Positions 49,440-62,400 of a stretch of DNA of 64,000 bases are shown one piece after another; position 1 is the stretch's first letter, and each line of letters opens with the position of its first letter. The stretch lies in the NCBI GenBank assembly GCA_047967505.1, contig CM106538.1. One strand, given 5' to 3'. The notes below the pieces were generated by a model. The model saw nothing but the letters and a program-made list of their open reading frames with translations, was not told the origin of the DNA and did not search any database. The position numbers and the translations under genes are program-made. This DNA is from Dipteris shenzhenensis. Taxonomy: Eukaryota.

Positions 49440-52400
49440 GTTTGGACACTATGAAAGAGATTCCCATGCAAGAAGCAATACGACCAAGACAGTCAATCCA
49501 ACAGCAATCGAGGGAATTTCCGCAGAAGAGGAAATCATTGTCATGGACATTCTAATCACAGTCATTATGCAAATGAACATGGGAATATGTTTCTTGCAAA
49601 TGAGGAAATGCAGAAGACTGATACAGTGTATCTAGACACTGATTGCAATTCAAAAGAGGATTTCAACTATCAAGTCAACCAAGCAGATCAAGATCCTTGG
49701 TGCATCGACAGCAGTGCATCATATCTTATGACAAATCATCAAGAATGGTTCACAGAGATAAAACCATTAGAAGGTGAGAAGAATGTCATCTACACGGCAG
49801 ATAATACACCGAATCCAATTCAAGGGACATGCAATATCCCTATGAACAATTTCACTGGTATGAAAGGATTAGTGTAATATGTACTCTATGTTTTGAAGCT
49901 CAGCAAAGAACCTCTTATCTCAGCAGTAGGTCAAATGACGGAACACAACTACCAAGTCATCTTCGACAGAGATGAATGCACTATCAGAGACAAATCTAGA
50001 GGATTTCAATAAGTAGGAAAAGGAGTCAAGGAAGGACGCTTGTACTGAATGCTAGCTACAATACCAGATTTGCATGCCATGTCATCTCAACTGCAACAAA
50101 TGCCACTATCCACAAAATGGCACAAGAGATATGGTCATGTCAATTTTAAGAGCTTGATAGATCTCAGGAATTCGAATATGGCGATTGGGATTCCTAAGCT
50201 ACAATTTCTTGCAAAAGTTTGCGAAGCATGCTCTACTTCGGCAAACAAAAGCGAATCAACTTTGGCAGAAGCACCTCTCGAGCTAGAGCTACTCTTGATT
50301 TGATAAATACAGATGTATGGGGTTATGCCCAGCCCTGCAACATCAATGGTTCACTTTACTACTTGACTTTCATCGACGAGTACAGTAGATATTGTTGGGT
50401 CTACTTTCTGACAGGGAAATCTGAAGTCTTTTCCAGATTTCAAGAATTCAAAGCCATGGTAGAAAACCAGACAGGCAAAAAGATCAAAGTCATGAGATCA
50501 AATAGAGGAGGTGAATACATATCTTCAACATTCATGAACTTTTGCAGAGGTCACAGCATTCGAAGACAATTCACTTATGCAGATACTCCTCAACAGAATG
50601 CAAGAGCTAAAAGAAAGAATGGTACTTTCGCAGACAGTGCTAGAGCAATGCTTACTGAGAAGCATCTTCCGAATCAGTAGTGGGTAGAAGCAATAGCCAT
50701 TGGAAACTACTTGCTTAATTGGCTTCCTACCGAACTGATTCAGGATATGACACCTTATGAAGCATTCACTGGACATAAGCCATGCATTGGGCATCTCCGC
50801 ATATTTGGTTGCATAGCATATGCCCACATACATGACGACCATCGCAGGAAATTGGATCCAAAGTCACGTAAATGCATCAGGTTGGCTACAGTGAAGAAAG
50901 CAAAGCATACAAGTTGTATGATCCCATTAAGCGCAAGGTCTTTATCTCAAGAGATGTAATCTTCGATGAGGAATCAGAGTGGAAAACCTCAACCACACAG
51001 GAGATACACGCACTGATTTCACAGTCATCTACAGAAAAGGTAAAGATTCCAAAAAGCCTACAGTCAATGACAAGTATTACAGGCAGTTCATTGGATCTCT
51101 TATATATCTTACTATCACACGGCCAGATATTTGTTATGCAGTAAGTTCACTTGCACAATTTATGGCAAATCCAAAAAAGTCTCACTGGAATGCAGCCAAA
51201 AGAATCTTTTGATACATGTGAGGTACAAGACAGTTTGGAATAGAATACAAAAAAAGTCACCCAAGGTTGCATGGATACTGTGATAGTGACTATGTCGGAG
51301 GTGCTATATCATGGTTGTCAAACAAACAACCAACTATTTCTTTGTCTTCGACTGAATCAGAATATAGAGCACTCACTACTACAGATGCATGTGAGGCTAT
51401 ATGGCTCATAAGACTATTGTCAGAAATAGACTACTTTGATGAATCAAAGCAACTCAGATGATCTACTAGGGAAAGCATACCTCCATCCAGATTGACATAT
51501 GCTCAGAAAGGTAAACCAATTCAGGTTGAAACCACCAACTATGCTCTTATGACTACCATCATGGCTACAGAAGAGCCAGTGTACTTCAAAGATGCAGCAG
51601 ACAAGCTAGAATGGCAAACTGCCATGAATGAAGAAATTGATGCTTGTGCAAGAATAATACTTGGGAATTGTGCAACCGTCCACCAGGAAAGAAGGCCATA
51701 GCAAACAAATGGGTATACAAAGTGAAGTATAACCCAGATGGGAGTATTCAAAGATACAAAGCCAGACTAGTTGCAAAAGGATTTGCCTAGCAATATGGTC
51801 AAGATTATGATGAGACTTATGCTTCAGTATCCATGATGGATTCCATACAGTTCTTAATATCACTAGCAACAATCAGCATATGGAATGTGAATCAGCTCGA
51901 TGTCAAGAATGCATTTCTCAATGGTTATCTAGACGAGGAAGTCTATATGCAACAACCAATAGGTTATGTTGAACTAGGAAAAGAGAATCAGGTTATCTCA
52001 AGAAGAGCCTCTATGGCTTAAAGCAAGCACCCAGAAGTTGGTATAGCACAATCGACAAGTATTTTGCTGATCTGGGATACATGAAGTCCAATGCATATCA
52101 TACTCTCTACTACAAAGTTCAAGGGGAAGACATTACTATTGCACTTTTGTACGTAGATGATCTGATTGTGACTGGAAGCAAGGATAGCTTCATCAAGAAA
52201 TTGAAAAAGACTTATCTATAGAGTTTAAATTGAAAGATCTTGGACTTATGCACTATTGTCTTGGAATTAAGTTTTGGAGAGATTCAGACAACACCTTTAT
52301 GAGTCAGCTGAAATATGTTGACAGTCTTCTGAGGAAGTTTCATATGGCAGGTTGCAAGATTGTAGCCACTCCCTTGGAACAGAGTTTGAAACTTACTAAA

Positions 52401-53426
52401 GATTCAGAAAAGCCTACAATCAATGATAGGTAGCTCATTGGATCTCTTATATATCTGACTATCACATGGCCAGATATTTGTTATGCAGTAAGTTCACTTA
52501 CACAGTTTATGGCAAATCCAAAACAAACTCACTGGAATGCAGCCAAAAGAGTCTTGAGATACATCAGAGGTACAAGACAGTTTGGAATAGAATATAGAGG
52601 AAGTCATCCAAGGTTGCATGGATATTGTGACAGTGACTATGGCGGAGATCATGAGACTAGGAGATCCACACAGGGATATACATTTTTCCTTGGTCAAGGT
52701 GCTATATCATGGTTGTCAAACAAATAGCCAACTATTTCTTTGTCTTGGACTGAAGCAGAATATAGAGCACTCACTACAGGTGCATGTGAGGCTATATGGC
52801 TTAGAAGACTATTGTCAAAAATAGACTACTTTGATAAATCAAATCCAACAACAATATGCTGAGATAATCAATCAGCTCAAGCATTGGCCACGAATCCAAT
52901 ATATCACTCCAGGACAAAGCACATAGATGTTAGAGAGCACTTCATTAGAGAAAGAGTGTTACGTGGTGACATCACACTACATCATTGTGATAGCAAAGAG
53001 AATGTTGCAGACACCTTTACCAAACGTTTCGGTAAAGAGCTTTTTGAGAAACACCGGAAAGATCTTGGTTTGACGCAAAGGAAGGACATTCCCATTAAAG
53101 GGGTGGATGGAATGTAATGCTCAGTCCTTCTTTGATTCCCCGGAATCATCATCTTGAGGGAAGGCCTACTTCATGATGTTGATCTTAAGGGAAGGTGTTG
53201 AGAGACCACGCTCAACATCATGTGATTACATGTGCATATCACTAACACATATAGAGTGCTATAAAGGAAAGGGTGAGATGCCCTAACCCTAACCCAAAAT
53301 GGGTTTGTATATATTCTACATTTTCAACTAAATCTAGTGTGTAGTTGGTCATTTGTGGTGTGCTCTCTAGCTATGCCCTCTCTCCTCATCTCCGTTCTTC
53401 TCCTCTCCCCTCTTCATATTTTGTCA
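49440..53426 (+). mobile_element. 5'-truncated decayed Ty1/Copia with internal rearrangement and 3' LTR
   Basis: WCIDSSAS (protease), WHKRYGHVN, integrase 50219..50680, RT and RNase H fragments; PPT AAGGGAAGG then LTR from 53196, matching 10712-10948. Confidence 0.92.
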
Positions 53427-54480
53427 AGCTGGTCATGGCCTTTGCTTGAACTGTTAAGTGCAGTTGGTATGAATCTTTTGATCTCTTAATCAAATAATGT
53501 CAGTTGATCTCCTATGTCCTTTAGTGTAACCAAGTAATCTAGACCTATATCTGATTGCAACTTGATTGCATTATTGAATTGATTTTCAAGTAAGATTATT
53601 ATGGCATGTTATTGGCATTAAATTGATTATCAAGAGATTTCCATGCATCTATAACTAACCTTTAGTCTTTGATGATAGGAATCATGATATTTTTGACATT
53701 AAAGTTGAAGAAATTGATGTGCTTTCTCATCCTATTTATTGTGTTGTTTGGCAAGTCTTACAAGTTGGTCTATAGTCAAACAAAGTTGTTGAAGTTGATG
53801 CTGGAGGTTATGTCTCTTTTCTTGTTCTATAATGATATTCCAACACTTTTTCATTTGGAATTTATTTACAAGTGTAAATTTCTAATTTCCCTAATCATTA
53901 TGATAAATTTTATTGTTTTGGTCCAAAAACATCATCTCATAATGTGATTTCTTCATACTTATACAACAAGTGTAACAAATGCAAATATTGCTTTTGTCCT
54001 GCAAAAAATTTTGTTTAAGTGAAAGGAGGATACCATTGAAAATAAATGTAAAAATATATAGAAATTAATCAATGTGGGCAAACTATCAAAAATAGTTATA
54101 CAAATTGTAGTTTGAAAAAGTGTGCCTAAAACAACATAAATGGATAATATACCCAAGATGTGGCCAAAATATCTAGAAATAGCTATTGACTACACTAATC
54201 ATCATAAATAATGATGCCCAAAAATAGTCTTTATGGAAATCAATTATTTTGGACTAATGTGTACTTTTAGTGGATAAGATCTCATTTCAAATTGGATTCA
54301 ATTTGAGTGAAAAATGACCAAGATATGGATGTCTAAAAAAAGGTGAGTTTCGACATATGCAAGTAGATTGGTCAAGGCACCTATAACTAGAGTAACCATT
54401 TGGCTAAAGTGACCCAGTGTGATAACCATTAGTGTATATTTGGTCCAATTTGGCCTACCTATCCACTAGGTCACCATCAC

Positions 54481-54790
54481 ATCAAAATGCAAATCGATAA
54501 ACTACAATTCAAGGTGCATGGAAATATGTGTTGTAATAAAGGGTTGTGCTTAACATGCATAGGTGATGTTGCGTGTCTATGCATGTGCAATCTAGTTGCT
54601 ATGCTAAAAGGAACTAATAATGATGCTAGGCTACCACTAGGTTTACTTGGCCCACCTATTACTAGGCTATTGTCAAATCAAAATGCAAATTGATAAACTA
54701 CAATGCAAGGTGCATAAAAATGTGTGTGCCAATAGATGGGTGTGCTAAACCTACATAAGTGATGTAGCATGTGTGTGCATGTGCAATTTC
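54481..54790. repeat. Diverged tandem duplication, ~196-bp period
   Basis: ATCAAAATGCAAATYGATAAACTACAATKCAAGGTGCAT at 54481 and ~54677 with continued similarity downstream. Confidence 0.75.
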
Positions 54791-56067
54791 TATGCTTCTA
54801 GTAGCAAGTGCTAATGATCTAGCCTATGCCCATGTGTTAATGATGAGGTGCTAGTGTTGGTGTGGCCTATTTAGGTGGTCGTTGAGATGGCCTACCGAGG
54901 TGGCTAACCCACATGGTAATGATGAGTTGGTTGCTACCATGTGTCACCTGCAAAAGAGGGTAAGGCTAACATGGTAGTCAAACACCATGTGTTGACTTCT
55001 CGAGAAAACCCTTATCTACCATGCCCTTCTCTATGCATCAGTTGCCTTATACATAACCGCGTGTCTTGCTATGATTGAGGGCTTTAACCTTCTCTACAAG
55101 GTGGCAAATCTGCATCATGGTGTGGCTTGTATGAAGCGGGATGAATTTGTATCTGAGGCGCAAAGGGGATGAGATGAGGTTGGCCTTTGAAATGATGGCA
55201 TATAAAAGCACTAGCCTATGACGAGTATAAGTCTTGCAAAGCTTGAGACTAAGGATGACGAGGCAAGGGGCAACTACACGAAGCACAAAATAGTTGAGGC
55301 AAGCAAAATTTGGATCTCCTAGATGATGAAGAATAGGTCATGAGGATAGTTGGGAGCTTTAGAGCTCATATGCAGGGTTGTGGGAAACTAACAGCATAGC
55401 TACGAGACTATGTTATTGCCATGGCTGGTGAGACAATTGACTAGATTGAGGAATACTACTTGGCCTGTATAGAGACCTATAGGATCTTAAAAGATGCAAT
55501 AGATGACTATTACTATACCTAGGCAACTATAGGTCACTATTGAATAAGGTATCAAATGGTGTGTTGAAGAAGTTTACGGTCACCAACTCATGGTTGATCT
55601 TATGAGAGCCATGCCAAAATCTTGGAGTAATATGAGGTTCTCAACAATGTAACATTTGAACCTTTTTTATGTGATTAGCTTAGTGACTTTTGTTGCTTGC
55701 ATCAATTGAGATGGAGAAGAGCCTCAAATAAATTACAAACCTGACTTTTCTCGCTCTCTTTCTCTCTATTTTCACATGGACTATCTCTTTCCCAAGAAAA
55801 CTCTCACAAATCACTCATTCACAAGACCTCACTTATAACATTTCTCAAACATTGAACACTCATTCGAACATAGAAGGAAGGAACCTTCCCAAACACAAAG
55901 AGACTCAAGAAACATACTCAAGTTCTAGGTATCAAAATCTCAAGCTTTTTGAGGTGAATCAAAAAGCGGAATGCCCTCTACATAGCTAACAAGAAGAATG
56001 GAACATAATGGAAGTGCTTGGACACTCAAAAAGAGGAGCACAATAGGTTTTGATATCCTTGTTGGAG

Positions 56068-56113
<46 letters not shown>

Positions 56114-56309
56114 ATTGTACACAAAGAAATACGAAAAATATACATGTTCACACCTTATGGATAGGGATAGGGATAGGATTACGGTTTGAATTTTCCCATA
56201 AACCCTATCTCTATGGTGCAATTTACACCATTCTAGCCACTCCTTGAGGTTTGCATTCAAGAAGGCTTGCTTGGCATCCATGACTTGACATCCATTCAAG
56301 AAGGCTGAC

Positions 56310-59300
56310 TGAGAGTGCTCTTAGCGAAAGTAAGAACGGAAGAGGGAGAGAGAAAAACAGAGAGCCACACAAGTTTTGGTGGGTGCAGAACCACCATATA
56401 TGTGTTTGAGTATTGTACATAACCGGGGTAAAGGCACAGTGACCTTTAACCCCCACAACCTCCCACTTAAAGGACAATGTGCCTTTAAGGGAGAACAACT
56501 AGTGACCATACTATCCAATGCCCATCAATACACGACAATACTCAAACCGCTGACTAGGTAGACTCTTAGTCAGCATATCTGCAAGGTTATCATCTATATG
56601 AACCTTGACAAGCTCTATGCGCTTGTCCTCAAGTACCTCCCTGATGAAATGGTACCTGACCTCAATGTGTTTGGTCTTTGCATGAAAGACCGGATTCCGT
56701 GCTAGCTGAATAGCACTCATGGAATCACTATGCAATATCGGTACACCTGTATGAATCCCCAAATCTCCCACTAGCCGATCAAGCCATATAGCCTCCTTGC
56801 AACCCTCTGTGGCTGCAACATACTCAGCCTCTATGGTAGACAAAGCAACACACTTCTATGCGTGAGACATCCACGACACTGCACTACCTACAAAGGTGAA
56901 CACATAACCAGAAGTAGGGATCTCCTACTATCCACATGCCCTGCATAGTTTGAATCTGTGTACCCAAGTACACGCATGTCTCCTCTACCAAAGCAGATGC
57001 ACATCTCCTTGGTACCCTTCATGTACCTCATGATGCACTTAACTGCCTCCCAATGCCTCTTTCCTGGATTAGCCATATACCGTCTACCAACTCCCACTGC
57101 AAATGCAATGTCTGGTCTAATAGCTATCATAGCATACAAAAGACTCCCAACTGCTAATGCATAAGAAACCTTGGCCATCATGGCCCTCTCCTCATCTGAT
57201 TTGGGACTATCTGTGTGACTCAGTTTCACATATGGAGGCAATGGAGTACTCACTGCCTTCCCCCCCTCCATATTGAAACGCTGCAATACTTTTGTAACAT
57301 ACTCTTTTTGTGAAAGCCAAAGGAGTTTCTTGCTCCGATCACGCGTGATGCGCATACCAAGAATATGACCTGCAAGTCCCAAATCCTTCATATCAAAGGC
57401 CTCATGCAACTTGGCCTTTAATGCATCTAGTTCATAAGTATTCTTGCTAGCCAATAGCATATCATCCACATATAGTGCCAGGATTATCAAGCTATTATCC
57501 TTAGCCCTTTTAGTGTAGAGGCAGTGATCAATTTCACTCCTTCTAAAACCCTGGGACCGAATGAAAGCATCAAACTTCTGACACCATTCTCTAGGCGCTT
57601 GCTTAAGACCATAGAGACTCTTCTTCAGCTTGCAAACTAAATGCTCTTTGCCCTTTTCTTCAAAGCCTTCCAGCTGCACCATGTAAATTTCCTCATGCAA
57701 ATCCCCATGCAAGAAAGCTGTCTTGACATCCATCCGCATAAGCTCCATATCCTCTAATGCCACTAGTCCAAGCATGCATCTAAGTGTGGTCATCTTCACA
57801 ACCGGAGAGAATATCTCATCAAAGTCCACACCCTTCTCTTGCTTGAACCCTTTAGCAACCAAACGGGTCTTGTACCTAGGCACATCATCACCTGTGACCT
57901 TCATCTTGTAGACCCATTTACATGGCAATGCTTTCTTTCCATGTGGCAAAGAAACCAAGTCCCAAGTCTTATTCTTCATAAGTGAACTCATCTCTGATTG
58001 CATAGCATACTCCCACTTGCGTTGATCCTCGTGCATCATAGCCTCTCTGTAACAAGAAGGCTCCTCGCAATCAGTAAGCATCACATAGTCTACCCCTGGA
58101 ACAAACCTATCAGGCGGTCTAGACACTCTAGATGATCTTCTCAAGGGCATTTCAGCTTGTTGTCCCACCTGCATATCAGCCACATTTGGCTCATCATTTC
58201 CACCAATAGATGATCCATCATCTACCCTTGATTGTATACCTATGGGAGTACTTGGTGGTACCATTTCTTGCACATTTGGTGCATGGACAGCTTGCTGTCT
58301 ATCAACATATGCAGGTGGATTCACATCCTGGCAAGTGATTCTCCTCATTTCCATATCCCTCATGGTGCCTTATGCATCTTCTTCTCATTAAAGACTACAT
58401 CATGGCTGCGTATGATCTTCTTTGCTTCTGGATCCCAGAGACGATAGCCCATCTCTCCACTTTCACCATAACCCAGAAAGATGCATTTCCTAGACTTAGG
58501 ATCTAGCTTCTTTCGAAGCTCTTTTGGCACATGTGCATATGCCTCACACCCAAATATACGCAAATGAGAGTAAGAGGGCTTCTTGCCACTCCATGCCTCT
58601 TCAGGAATACCACCATCCAAACTCTTACTAGGTGATCTATTGATCACATGCACTGCAGTCTTCATTGCCTCAGCCCAAAAACCACCAGAAAGACTTGCAT
58701 TGGAAAGCATGCATTGCAACCTTTCTTGAATGGTACGATTCATCTTTTCTGCAACTGGATTTTGTTCTGGAGTACGAGGGGATGTGAGCTCCCTCTTAAT
58801 CCCACATGTATCACAGAAATGCTGAAAGTCATGAGAGAGATACTCTCCACCATTGTCAGTCCGTAGGCATTTAAGCGTTCTACCTGACTGATTCTCAACC
58901 AAGGCCAGCCATTTCTAAAATACCTGGAACACATCACTCTTCCGAGCTATAGCATACGCCCACACTTTCCTAGTTGCATCATCAATGAATGTCACATAGT
59001 ATTCAGCCCCGCCTAATGACCGTGTAGGCATGGGACCACATACGTCTGAATGCACCAAATCAAGCTTTTCAAACTCTTTCTTTCCCCTTCTTTTATGGGC
59101 TGATTTAGTCTGCTTCCGATAAAGATAGTGCTCACAAAATTCAAAATCATAGAAACTCAAATGCAGTACATAACCCAAACGGCATAAGAGTTTCATTCCA
59201 TTCTGGCTCATGTGCCCCAACTTGCAATGCCATAAAGAAGTGCTTGGCTGCTCGGTTATTGCAACAACATGATCAAATACCCCTGATACATGTAAGGGAT

Positions 59301-59439
59301 ACAAAGTCCTACACTTGGCACCCCTGGCCAAAAGCATATAGCCCTTCTGAATTTTCCAACTCTGAAAGCCAAAAGTGGTGTGAAAACCAGCATCATCTAG
59401 CTAACCCACTGAAATAAGACTCTTGATCAACTTAGGCAC
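56310..59439 (-). mobile_element. 3' half of a Tnt1-like Ty1/Copia (copy A), cut by same-family copy B
   Basis: ORF pieces 58915..59337, 58360..58902, 56888..58363 and 56511..56843 (integrase, RT with LYVDDM, RNase H); 148-bp 3' LTR 56310-56457 homologous to 59440-59609; in-frame stop at 58915 and frameshifts. Confidence 0.93.
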
Positions 59440-62400
59440 TGTGGGGGTTAAAGGTCACTGTGCCTTAACCCCAGTTATGTACAATACTCAAACACATATA
59501 TAAATGAATGAAAAAGAAGATTAGGGTGGTTCTGCACCCACCAAACTTGTGTGGCTCTCTGTCTCTCTCTCTCCTTCTTCCGTTCTTGCTTCCGTTGAGA
59601 GCACTCTCAACTGGTATCAGAGCTCGGGTGATCTAGCTGAGCGTGCGTGAATGCTTGAAGCTCAGCAGCTCTGTGGGAGGAAGGAGAAGCTCTGTGGGAA
59701 GCTTTGTGGGTGACTTTACTTGCATCCGAGTGTGCAGAGACCTTGGAGGAACCTTTGGAAAAGTCATTTTGGCTTTACGAAGTGGTTTTGAGAGCCTGTT
59801 AAGAGCTTTCAAAGAAAAAGTCGTTTTTTGAGCTTTTCCCTGTTCCGTTCGATGACAGAGACTCCGTATTGACTTGTAGAGGCAACTATTGCTTGCTTTT
59901 GGTGTCCACATTACTTCAGGAGCTTGGAAACACCTTCATTCTTGAATCTGGGATCATTTCAGTGGATTTCTGACTCATTGTATCAGTTCCTGCGTTTTTT
60001 GCCCGGGTGTTGGAACTCAAGTTTGGAGCAACCATTTGCAGATCTGTCAGTTCCGGTGGACTCGGGAGGTCCTAAAACTTCCATTCGCACTCCGGTGGAG
60101 TTTACAGATAGCTCTATTTCCAAAAACGTTTTTCAGTCCGTGTGTTGGACCCAGTGATTGAGGCCACGGTTTCCAAAACCGTCTGTCCCATTGCGTTCCG
60201 GACGCCCAAAAACCCCTACCTGTCAGTTCTTGCGCGATTCGGTGGAGGATTTTCAGAGTTATAAATCTCTGTGTATTCGATTTCGTCTCTCTGTTATGCA
60301 TTTTTCATTCTAAGGTTTTGAAACCTTAGATTTATGCCACATGGCAGTGGATAAGTGTTGACTCCCATTTCTCACTCATCGGTTGGGATTTTGGAGTTCT
60401 GGCAGAAGAGAGATATTTGCAGATTTTCTTGCTGAGTCCGATTATGCAATGGCGCCCATGTTTTGAAGCATCTCAGGTTCTATTTTCAGTAGCGCTCATT
60501 ACCGTGGGACTATGATTTCTTGAGCATACCTTATGCAAATCACTCTGGTTGCAGTTTGAGCAGTGGTGTGCGCTCATTCGTGGTATGCATTGGGTTGCAG
60601 TGGATGATTTATAGGCCATTTGGATGCATTGCGGTCCTTGTTGGATGCGCTGATAGGCCCAAATTGCATTGTGGGATGCTATTTTTTATGGACGCTTTGC
60701 ACATGGATGCTATTTTAAGCTAAGGGACAGCTTTGACACATTGCAGGTGATGCACTGATAGTGCTATGCTCTCTTGGATGAGACATTATTGATGCATATG
60801 TCAGTGGACAGTGTTTATGCTTGAGTCATTTGGCACTTATTGGCATTTTCTTTTGGGCCAGATTTGCTCATATGGATGCATAGTATATGCACATGAGTCA
60901 GATGCATCTTTTGATGCTTTGAGTTTTGAGTTTTGGTGATATTTCACTCTATTGTGGCATACACATTTGGGTGCACCTGGTATTTGGTGTGATTCTCTCT
61001 TGCAGGCACTAGCATTTGGGATTTTGCTTTATTTGCATCATGGCATCCTCTTCCATGCCTGAAAAGGAGTTTTTCAGCATTAAAAAGTTTGATGGGACAA
61101 ACTTTTCTTTGTGGAAAGAACAAATAAGGGATGTGCTTATTCAAAAGAAGCAGATTAAACCCTTGGCAGGGATTGAAGCTAAGCCTGCAAATATGTCTGA
61201 GGATGATTGGAATGAGTTGGATGCATTAGCAAAGTCTACTATTAGACTTCATCTTGCAGAGTCAGTTTATTTCACAGTAGTAAATGAGCAGACTACGGAA
61301 GATTTGTGGAAGAAACTATGTGCCACTTATGAGAAGGAAACTGCCTCTAATAAAGTTTACCTCATGAAGAGGTTGTTTGAGCTGCAGATGAAGGAAGGGG
61401 TCTCCATTGCTTCTCACTTGAATGAATTCAATATTATTTTCAGCCAGCTTCAGGCTCAGAAAATGAATTTTGATGCGGAGACTAAGGCAATATTTCTCTT
61501 ATGTTCATTGCCATCCTCATGGGATACCTTCCGTACAGCTGTCAGTAACTCTGCACCTGGTGGAGTACTGAAATTTGATGATGTTGTGGGTAGCTTGTTG
61601 GCCGAGGAGATTAGACGAAAGTCTATGGATGGCAGCAAACAGGATGCAGCCTTAAATGTGCAAAGGGGTAGATCACAGTTCAGGGGGAAGTCCCAAGAAA
61701 GAGGGAAGTCTCGGAGCAAATCCAGGGCACGGAACATTGAGTGTTACCATTGTGGCAAGAAGGGCCATATGAAAAAGGATTGCTACAAGCTGAAAAGAGA
61801 GCAAAAGGATAAGAAAAAGAATGCAAATTGGGGTGCAAATCAAAAGGAAGAGAGTCCAAGGGAGGACAAAGGAAAAGTGAAGATCGAGGAGATCAATGCA
61901 GTCACACGTGATAGTGACAATGATGTTCTCTTCATGTCTAGTTTATCTGCAGAGTTGCTTACCACGTCAGATGATGCATATTCCCAGGATTGGATTTTGG
62001 ATTCTGGTGCTTCATTCCATGTTACTCCCCATAGGGAATGGTTCTCCACTTATGATAGTGGAAAGACAGGTTGTGTGCATCTTGGAAATGACTATGCATG
62101 TGACATAGTGGGAGCAGGTGACATAAAGTTTTCTTTTGCAAACGGGTCTGCATTTGTTTTGAAACATGTGAGACATGTGCCTAAGCTGACCAAGAGTCTT
62201 ATTTCAGTGGGTCAGCTAGATGATGCTGGTTTTCACACCACTTTTGGCTTTCAAAGTTGGAAAATTCAAAAGGGCTCTATGCTTTTGGCCAGGGGTGCCA
62301 AGTGTGGGACTTTGTATCCCTTACATGTATCAGGGGTATTTGATCATGTTGTTGCAATAACCGAGCAGCCAAGCACTTCTTTGTGGCATTGCAGGTTGGG

